From a virus, in IMG/VR virus record IMGVR_UViG_3300044701_001468: a stretch of DNA of 64,000 bases. One strand, given 5' to 3'. Numbering within the stretch: the stretch's first letter is position 1; every line of letters begins with the position of its first letter. This document shows positions 28,971-34,305 of this stretch, piece after piece. Position numbers and translations under genes: made by a program. The notes under the pieces are model-generated. The model was not told the origin of the DNA. It saw only the letters and a list, made by a program, of their open reading frames with translations, and did no database searches.

Positions 28971-29010
28971 TGGTTGGTTGCTGATGTGGTTAGTCTACAG
29001 GGTCAGCGCC

Positions 29011-29160
29011 TCAGCGCCCATCCCAGCAGGCAGTCTGCCAACCGTCCCGCTCCATACGGCGGCGGTCGAAGTCGTCAGCATCCCAGCGATCGTCGAAGTC
29101 CATGTCGAAGATCTCGCCAGGGGCATCTTGGATCTCGGTGAAGCAGGTGTCGAATTCCAT
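29011..29160 (-). CDS. Small acidic early protein (49 aa, not in the track)
   Basis: MEFDTCFTEIQDAPGEIFDMDFDDRWDADDFDRRRMERDGWQTACWDGR, preceded by a cassette promoter and leader. Confidence 0.7.
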   Translation of the reverse strand: MEFDTCFTEIQDAPGEIFDMDFDDRWDADDFDRRRMERDGWQTACWDGR

Positions 29161-29201
29161 GGTTCGTTTCGTTTGATTGATCTTAGTCTACAGGGTCGGG
29201 G

Positions 29202-29342
29202 TCAGTCCAGCGAGGCGATCTGTGCCACCTTCTCTGCTGTCACAGCGTCAAGGGTCTGGGCAGTCTGCAGGATGGCGCCAGCGGTCTGAGAGAACATCAG
29301 CAGCAGAGCAGCAGCGAGGGCGAGGCGAAGGGTGTTTGCCAT
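29202..29342 (-). CDS. Small secreted/membrane protein (46 aa)
   Basis: Likely start MANTLRLALAAALLLMFSQTAGA, a signal-peptide-like sequence. Confidence 0.6.
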   Translation of the reverse strand: MANTLRLALAAALLLMFSQTAGAILQTAQTLDAVTAEKVAQIASLD

Positions 29343-29349
29343 GCTAGGA

Positions 29350-29511
29350 TCAGCGATCGAACTGAGCGAGGGAGGAAGGGGCGATGTGAGAGGGAGAACC
29401 ACAGGAGCGGTAGAAGTCTACCATACGCTCTGCCTCTGCCAGGGTGGGGAACCACTGCGACCGCCACTCACAGGCATTGTAGGGGGTCTGGTAGCGAACT
29501 TCGATTCTCAT
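29350..29511 (-). CDS. Hypothetical early protein (53 aa, not in the track)
   Basis: MRIEVRYQTPYNACEWRSQWFPTLAEAERMVDFYRSCGSPSHIAPSSLAQFDR, following a cassette promoter. Confidence 0.75.
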   Translation of the reverse strand: MRIEVRYQTPYNACEWRSQWFPTLAEAERMVDFYRSCGSPSHIAPSSLAQFDR

Positions 29512-29551
29512 GGTCGTCTCGTTTGGTTGACTCTGTTAGTCTAGAGGATGA

Positions 29552-29746
29552 TCAGTTGCACCAGGCGGCGAGGTGTGCCAGTTCGCCTGCCGTCTCCTGC
29601 AGGTTGGATTCGGTCAGACCAGCGAGGCAGGATTCGAGATCATCGGGGTCGATGGCGTCGATGTCCCCATTGATCTCCCATGCCTGTGCCTCAGCGAGGG
29701 CGAGGCAGCGATCACGAAGCGAGAGGGTGAAGGTCTTTTCTTTCAT
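29552..29746 (-). CDS. Hypothetical acidic early protein
   Basis: 64 aa. The TAGACT -10 (29753-29758) lies only 7 nt from the ATG, so the transcript may be nearly leaderless. Confidence 0.7.
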   Translation of the reverse strand: MKEKTFTLSLRDRCLALAEAQAWEINGDIDAIDPDDLESCLAGLTESNLQETAGELAHLAAWCN

Positions 29747-29755
29747 GCTGTTAGT

Positions 29756-29998
29756 CTAGATGGAGATGGTCTCGTGACGCTGCAGCAGGGTGCGGTTTGC
29801 CCACTGTCCCAGCGAGGTGCCAGGCATCATCAGGCGCAGCATGTCACGGCGGCGGCAGTCGTGACCGCTGACGCTGCCAGAGTGCCATTGCACGATGGCG
29901 CGACGGGTCAGGGGCGACAGGATCACACGCTCACAGGCGCTGCTAGGGCGTTGCACGTTGATGAACACAGGCAGGTGATCGATGGCGAAGTTCAGCAT
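29756..29998 (-). CDS. Hypothetical early protein
   Basis: 80 aa, following a cassette promoter (30026-30085). Confidence 0.75.
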   Translation of the reverse strand: MLNFAIDHLPVFINVQRPSSACERVILSPLTRRAIVQWHSGSVSGHDCRRRDMLRLMMPGTSLGQWANRTLLQRHETISI

Positions 29999-30082
29999 GG
30001 GTTGGGTTGTTTGGTTGACTCTGTTAGTCTAGAGGGTCGGCGGTCGATGCTGGGGGCAGCGTGTGCCACCCCCTCAGGTGTC

Positions 30083-30511
30083 CTAATAGTCGCTGAACAC
30101 AGCAACCTGACGATACTTCACTTCACAGCAGGTGAAATCGTAACGCAGGGAGGAATCGTAGGTTGCCTGCCAATCTACAACCAAAGCACAGGGAACATCG
30201 TGCAGATCGCTATAGTATTCTTCAGCGAAGTCTGCCTCAGATTCATACCAACCACGGAAGCGATCATCACATCCTTCGATGTCAGAAACGCAACCCATTT
30301 CACCAATCAAAGCATCAACGGCATCATATCCGATCGCTTCACCACAGCGGCAATACTCTTCATAATAGGAGACAAAATCGTTCTCATTGTAGGTGTCGAT
30401 GAACTCCAGCATATCATCCAGAGCATAGTTCTCATCGATCAATTCATCGATCTTCTCAACAGCAGCAGCGGAGAGAACTTCTTTGTAGTTTGCAGTCAAG
30501 GTGATGCTCAT
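30083..30511 (-). CDS. ArdA-like acidic antirestriction/DNA-mimic candidate
   Basis: 142 aa, very D/E-rich. The C-terminal FRGWYESEADFAEEYY...VP..LVVDWQATY resembles the ArdA C-terminal domain. Confidence 0.55.
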   Translation of the reverse strand: MSITLTANYKEVLSAAAVEKIDELIDENYALDDMLEFIDTYNENDFVSYYEEYCRCGEAIGYDAVDALIGEMGCVSDIEGCDDRFRGWYESEADFAEEYYSDLHDVPCALVVDWQATYDSSLRYDFTCCEVKYRQVAVFSDY

Positions 30512-30589
30512 GTCGTTTGTTTGGTTGACTCTGTTAGTATGGCAGGGATTGGGGAGGAAGTCAAGAGGTCTGTGCCACTTGTTGGATTG

Positions 30590-30757
30590 TCACATCCCGT
30601 TCAGGAAGTCTGCCATCGCCTCCTGATACTCATCATAGGTTTTGAAGCGGTCAGCGAAGCGAGCGGGCACCTTGCCATCGAACTTAGCAGGGGCGGGCAG
30701 GTCGCGCCCCTTGGCGAGGATCTGCTGTTCATAGACGTTGGGGTTGAAGCGGGTCAT
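30590..30757 (-). CDS. Hypothetical early protein (55 aa, not in the track)
   Basis: MTRFNPNVYEQQILAKGRDLPAPAKFDGKVPARFADRFKTYDEYQEAMADFLNGM, following a cassette promoter. Confidence 0.75.
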   Translation of the reverse strand: MTRFNPNVYEQQILAKGRDLPAPAKFDGKVPARFADRFKTYDEYQEAMADFLNGM

Positions 30758-30838
30758 TCGGTCTCGTTTGTTTGGTATGCTTTAGTCTACAGGGTCAGGC
30801 GGGGGATCTGGTCCCCCTTGTGCCACCTTGCCAACTGG

Positions 30839-31072
30839 TCAGGGCAGCACCGCCAGACGCTCAGCGAGTCGCGCCTTCGCTTGAATCTCCTCAAGCGAGG
30901 GGATCTGTTCAATCCAACGCATCTCACACTTAGAGTAATCGTATCCCTGAACTTCCAATTCTTTCATGTATGCCACAGCGGCGGAGTGATAATCGAACAG
31001 ACGCAGGGAAGAGAAGTCTTCACCTTCATAATCCCATCCGCCGATGACAGCGTAGGCGCGAGGCGTTTCCAT
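30839..31072 (-). CDS. Hypothetical early protein
   Basis: Likely start METPRAYAVIGGWDYEGEDF at 31072, just after the cassette leader. Confidence 0.75.
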   Translation of the reverse strand: METPRAYAVIGGWDYEGEDFSSLRLFDYHSAAVAYMKELEVQGYDYSKCEMRWIEQIPSLEEIQAKARLAERLAVLP

Positions 31073-31245
31073 TTGATCTCCGTTTCGTTTGGTATGCTTT
31101 AGTATTGCACCGATCGGGGGGCATCGCAAGGGGGTCTGTGCCACCTGTGCTAGTGTCCACTGCCCCCTAGACAGACGCCCCCTAGGCGACTAACCTAGAG
31201 GGCGGGAGGGGAGGGAAGGGGGCAGCGAAGCGGCCGCCCAGTTTG

Positions 31246-31422
31246 TTATACTTCCAGTAGTTCAGGATAGTATTGCTGAACCTCTTCATTCAGTTCTTCA
31301 TCGTTATACTTATCGTATCCCTCCATGAGATAATCGTAGCAGAGACACATCATAGTTTTGAGATCCATGTCATCCAACATTTGCTGGACAAGTTGATCCT
31401 GAAGTTCTTTGCGATCCATCAT
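31246..31422 (-). CDS. Small acidic protein (58 aa, not in the track)
   Basis: MMDRKELQDQLVQQMLDDMDLKT...YYPELLEV, with an ATGA overlap with the upstream gene. Confidence 0.75.
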   Translation of the reverse strand: MMDRKELQDQLVQQMLDDMDLKTMMCLCYDYLMEGYDKYNDEELNEEVQQYYPELLEV

Positions 31423-31544
31423 TTGTTCAGGGGAGAATTGTAGAAAGATTTGAACACCGAAATCACAATGATAGCGGTGGAGATGACACCAACGAACCCG
31501 AGGTAAGTTACAGCGTCACCAGTGAAATTGTAAGATTCAGGCAT
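31419..31544 (-). CDS. Small single-pass membrane protein (41 aa, not in the track)
   Basis: MPESYNFTGDAVTYLGFVGVISTAIIVISVFKSFYNSPLNK, following a cassette promoter. Confidence 0.7.
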   Translation of the reverse strand: MPESYNFTGDAVTYLGFVGVISTAIIVISVFKSFYNSPLNK

Positions 31545-31630
31545 CGGATTTGTTTGACTCTGTTAGTATTGCATCAAATGTGGGCAGATGGTGATACCCT
31601 GTGCCACTTGTTGAACTGGCACAGGGTCAC

Positions 31631-31659
31631 TTGACAATGATATCAGAACTCGATAGTCT
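31631..31659 (+). promoter_or_regulatory. Counter-oriented sigma70-like promoter
   Basis: TTGACA (31631-31636), 17 nt, then TAGTCT (31654-31659). It is adjacent to the palindromic operator at 31596-31627. Confidence 0.55.
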
Positions 31660-31780
31660 CAAGGGTAGGAGAATTCTGATACTCATCTGCCGAATCTTCG
31701 GTCAGAGTATCAAGAACTGCCATCAGTTCGTTACCATCAGCGGCACGATTGAGCAGGGAAAGCATTACTTCTTTGGTCAT
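31643..31780 (-). CDS. Hypothetical protein (45 aa, not in the track)
   Basis: MTKEVMLSLLNRAADGNELMAVLDTLTEDSADEYQNSPTLETIEF. Confidence 0.7.
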   Translation of the reverse strand: MTKEVMLSLLNRAADGNELMAVLDTLTEDSADEYQNSPTLETIEF

Positions 31781-31822
31781 GATGTTGTTGGGGGTAAGGT
31801 ATACTATAGAGATTGAATATGA

Positions 31823-31951
31823 TTAGACATCATATTCAATTGTCATCGTATCTTCGATGATATAATCATCGATGATATAACCATCTTCATCTAGAAAGAT
31901 ATCAGCCACCTCTTGTTCTACAATTTCTTGATACATTTCAGAAATGGTCAT
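31823..31951 (-). CDS. Extremely acidic micro-protein (42 aa, not in the track)
   Basis: MTISEMYQEIVEQEVADIFLDEDGYIIDDYIIEDTMTIEYDV: 14 D/E and no K/R/H. Confidence 0.6.
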   Translation of the reverse strand: MTISEMYQEIVEQEVADIFLDEDGYIIDDYIIEDTMTIEYDV

Positions 31952-31975
31952 TAGTTAACTCCTTGAGGATTAATT

Positions 31976-32003
31976 AAATTTATAACTTTAAAGTTATAAA
32001 TTT
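31976..32003. repeat. Perfect 28-nt AT-rich palindrome
   Basis: AAATTTATAACTTTAAAGTTATAAATTT is its own reverse complement. Confidence 0.9.
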
Positions 32004-32021
32004 TAAATTTCTTAAAATTCA

Positions 32022-32108
32022 AAGATTCTGAGGTTTCTGAGAATTTTAAGTTTTCAAGGTTTCTGAGAATTCAAAGTTTGTTAAAATTCTCAGAAACCTC
32101 AGAATCTT
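32022..32108. repeat. Perfect 28-bp inverted repeat with 31-nt spacer
   Basis: AAGATTCTGAGGTTTCTGAGAATTTTAA (32022-32049) pairs with TTAAAATTCTCAGAAACCTCAGAATCTT (32081-32108). A third GGTTTCTGAGAATT copy lies in the spacer. Confidence 0.9.
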
Positions 32109-32422
32109 CAGTTCAGGCGCATTCCAGAAAAGAAAGGAATTGCACCGCCTTCCTGACTCACAAACCACTCAAATTTCTTCTGAAACACACGCTCACCAGG
32201 GATACCATGCTCACAGAGAATAGCATTCAGGCGAGACTTGGTGGTGTTAGATTGCCAACCACCATCAAAAAGAGTAACAAAGCACTCGCCAATCTCAGCG
32301 ATTTTGTTACCATGCAGGAAGACTTCGCTCACACCATCATTGGTGACAACTTTGGTGTTATCTTTCTGCCAATCTTTGCCGTTGGTGATAGCGGCGTTCA
32401 TTTGGCGTTCGATGAGGCGCAT
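32108..32422 (-). CDS. Conserved phage hypothetical protein
   Basis: Likely start MRLIERQM at 32422, after promoter TTGACT-17-CATACT (32447-32475). It has LHGNKIA...DGGWQSNTTKSRLNA motifs. Confidence 0.8.
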   Translation of the reverse strand: MRLIERQMNAAITNGKDWQKDNTKVVTNDGVSEVFLHGNKIAEIGECFVTLFDGGWQSNTTKSRLNAILCEHGIPGERVFQKKFEWFVSQEGGAIPFFSGMRLN

Positions 32423-32530
32423 GGGTCGTTTGCTGTTGACTTGGTTAGTATGGAGCCGATCAGGGCAAAAGTCAACCCCCCTAACCATCACCTTTGCTTA
32501 TGGGTTCGATCAGGGGGGCTTATCGTTGAG

Positions 32531-32594
32531 TTTTCCACAGGGTTGTGGAAAACTATTGAAAGTTTTCCACAGGTTTTAGTATATCTGTGGAAAA
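32531..32594. promoter_or_regulatory. Cluster of four DnaA boxes in alternating orientation
   Basis: TTTTCCACA 32531-32539, TGTGGAAAA 32544-32552, TTTTCCACA 32563-32571 and TGTGGAAAA 32586-32594, all intergenic. Confidence 0.75.
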
Positions 32595-32602
32595 CTATTT
32601 AC

Positions 32603-32767
32603 TTACCATTCAATATTATCTCCATCAAACTTAATTCTTTTCTGCTTCTTAGGAGTGCGTCCGAGATTCTTAATCTTAACGCCATACGTATTCTCTACTA
32701 CTTGTTCATCAAACTCGTCGAAATCTTGATAGAAATCGTTTTTGTTGGAGTTCTTACTACGTGCCAT
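32603..32767 (-). CDS. Hypothetical protein (54 aa, not in the track)
   Basis: MARSKNSNKNDFYQDFDEFDEQVVENTYGVKIKNLGRTPKKQKRIKFDGDNIEW. Confidence 0.65.
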   Translation of the reverse strand: MARSKNSNKNDFYQDFDEFDEQVVENTYGVKIKNLGRTPKKQKRIKFDGDNIEW

Positions 32768-32835
32768 TTGTTTGTTCTAAGGTGTCTACAATCGTCTGTA
32801 AGGGATATTGACAACCAAATTGGTGCAATCACCCC

Positions 32836-32865
32836 TTGACAAACATATTTATTGTGTGCTAGGGT
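32836..32865 (+). promoter_or_regulatory. Counter-oriented sigma70-like promoter
   Basis: TTGACA-18-TAGGGT with an extended -10 TG at 32857-32858. Confidence 0.5.
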
Positions 32866-33110
32866 CAGTCAACCAGCAGTTTCAGAGTGCCTTCGTTGAC
32901 ACTCTGGTTGATGAATCGACCCACCGAGATATCCTCAGAGTCGAATTCAGCAAGCAACTGACTATCAAATCCGACAGCATCTTCAGTGCTGTAAGTATAA
33001 GATTTGTCGGAATTGCTATTATACTGAATAGAAACCGTGTTCTTTTCAGTATCAATAACAATGTTTTTGATAGCAGAACTAGGAACTTCTTGGTAGTTTT
33101 TAACAGACAT
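32865..33110 (-). CDS. KTSC-domain-like protein
   Basis: SSAIKNIVID...VSIQY...YTY...SVGRFIN pattern. It has its own promoter, TTGACA-17-TATTAT (33138-33166). Confidence 0.6.
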   Translation of the reverse strand: MSVKNYQEVPSSAIKNIVIDTEKNTVSIQYNSNSDKSYTYSTEDAVGFDSQLLAEFDSEDISVGRFINQSVNEGTLKLLVD

Positions 33111-33169
33111 TCGATTGATTTGATCGATTACTTAGTAATAATACTATGGTCTTCTGAGTTTGTCAAGGG

Positions 33170-33390
33170 TTTTTTGATTAGTTTAACTTATATAACAATA
33201 GTATTATATTATAATATGTTATTATAATTATAATGTTTCTCAAAATTCTCAGAAATCTCAAAAACTTAAAAAACTTAAATATTAAGATTTCTAAAAAACT
33301 CGAAAACCCTTGGAAATACAGAATTCTCGGTTTTGACGCTTTTGAGATTTCCGAGATTTTTGAAATTTCTGAGATTTTTGGGTTTCCACA
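33170..33390. repeat. AT-rich tract with (T/C)GAGATTT / AAATCTCA short repeats
   Basis: A near-pure A/T run at 33181-33233, then CTCAAAATTCTCAGAAATCTCAAAAA facing TTTTGAGATTTCCGAGATTTTTGAAATTTCTGAGATTTTTG. Confidence 0.7.
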
Positions 33391-33396
33391 CAAAGC

Positions 33397-33473
33397 TTGA
33401 CAACTCGTTAGGTCGCGTGCTAAGACTACAACAACTCAGAGCATTTCGTAGCATATACGAAGGTTTCTGAGTT
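33397..33473 (+). ncRNA. Putative promoter plus hairpin RNA (counter-transcript)
   Basis: TTGACA-18-TAAGAC(T) with an extended TG, followed by the hairpin AACTCAGA/TCTGAGTT enclosing TTCGTA/TACGAA (33433-33473). Confidence 0.35.
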
Positions 33474-33555
33474 CATTATACTATTTCTACACACTATAAC
33501 ACTATCGTTATACATCACCAAACTATATTTAATTAAACCTTTCTTAATCTAATAG

Positions 33556-33576
33556 TTTTCCACAGGTTTTTCCACA
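33556..33576. promoter_or_regulatory. Second DnaA-box cluster (two direct boxes)
   Basis: TTTTCCACA at 33556-33564 and 33568-33576, plus a 1-mismatch box GTTTCCACA at 33382-33390. Confidence 0.7.
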
Positions 33577-33603
33577 ACCTGACTATACCAGCACCTAGAC
33601 AAC

Positions 33604-34305
33604 TCAATAAAACGTAGACTGTAACTTAAATGTTTCATTCCGCAACCTTTGTATATCACTCAGACTATACTCTTCATCTACTACTACATTATACTCTAAT
33701 GATCGTTTCATTGGTATGATTTGCATCATTGGTGTACCCACTGGTATAAGAGTAACACCATCAAGTACATGCCAAAAGAATTGTACATTAAGAGATGATG
33801 ATTCTTGAGGATCAAGGATACCAGTTGTATGAGTAAACCTCACTTCATTATTATAGTGTACATGAGTAATAAGAAATACAATATCTTTAGGTGCTTGTAC
33901 TCTCCATCCAAAATCAAATTTAAATATGGATGATAATGATGAGTGAGGTGTTGAGTGATATTGAGAAAATAATTCTGGTGGATGTAGGGAGAATTGTATA
34001 GGAGAATCTGTTGCTGCTATATTAACGATTGGCGACTGATGATTAGAGTCAGTGACGACACGAATATCTGTAGGTGTAGGTAATATCCATCCTGTATTCA
34101 TCATTGAGCGAATACCAGGGCACTTAGCAATATTACCTATACGTTGAGTGAATGGGCATTTTTTAGTATGAAGATCTTTTGTCAGTTGTTTATACTGCTG
34201 ATGTGGTTGTTGTAACCAAGATCTTTGAATTGATTGTGCTGATACGATTGGATAGTTTGCTGCGACACCATCAATGATATTATAGAATCGAATATTACGT
34301 TTCAT
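33604..34305 (-). CDS. Cyanophage-type hypothetical protein (possible dUTPase-like beta fold)
   Basis: 233 aa with KCPGI...GWILP, HFW-like QFFWH and GTPMMQIIPMKR motifs. Confidence 0.7.
   Translation of the reverse strand: MKRNIRFYNIIDGVAANYPIVSAQSIQRSWLQQPHQQYKQLTKDLHTKKCPFTQRIGNIAKCPGIRSMMNTGWILPTPTDIRVVTDSNHQSPIVNIAATDSPIQFSLHPPELFSQYHSTPHSSLSSIFKFDFGWRVQAPKDIVFLITHVHYNNEVRFTHTTGILDPQESSSLNVQFFWHVLDGVTLIPVGTPMMQIIPMKRSLEYNVVVDEEYSLSDIQRLRNETFKLQSTFY

Larger units (their letters stand above)
29161..31627 (-). repeat. Array of repeated early operator-promoter-leader cassettes
   Basis: TGTGCCA starts at 29221, 29574, 30062, 30571, 30819, 31137 and 31600. Each lies 29-30 nt from a -10 (plus-strand AGTCTA/AGTATG/AGTATT at 29185, 29538, 30026, 30536, 30784, 31101, 31565). 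The identical 20-mer GTTTGGTTGACTCTGTTAGT occurs at 29521, 30009 and 30519. Confidence 0.9.

Noticed and set aside
29161-31627. CRISPR-like interpretation of the repeats
   Set aside because: Spacing is 215-510 nt, the spacers are whole genes, the repeats are promoters, and there are no cas genes.
32495-32520. GGTTCGAT resembling a tRNA T-loop
   Set aside because: There is no T-stem pairing, cloverleaf or CCA. I found no tRNA in the window.
32078-32839. 253-aa plus-strand ORF across the DnaA boxes
   Set aside because: It has a TTG-type start inside the inverted repeat, shadows two minus-strand genes and gives an implausible sequence.
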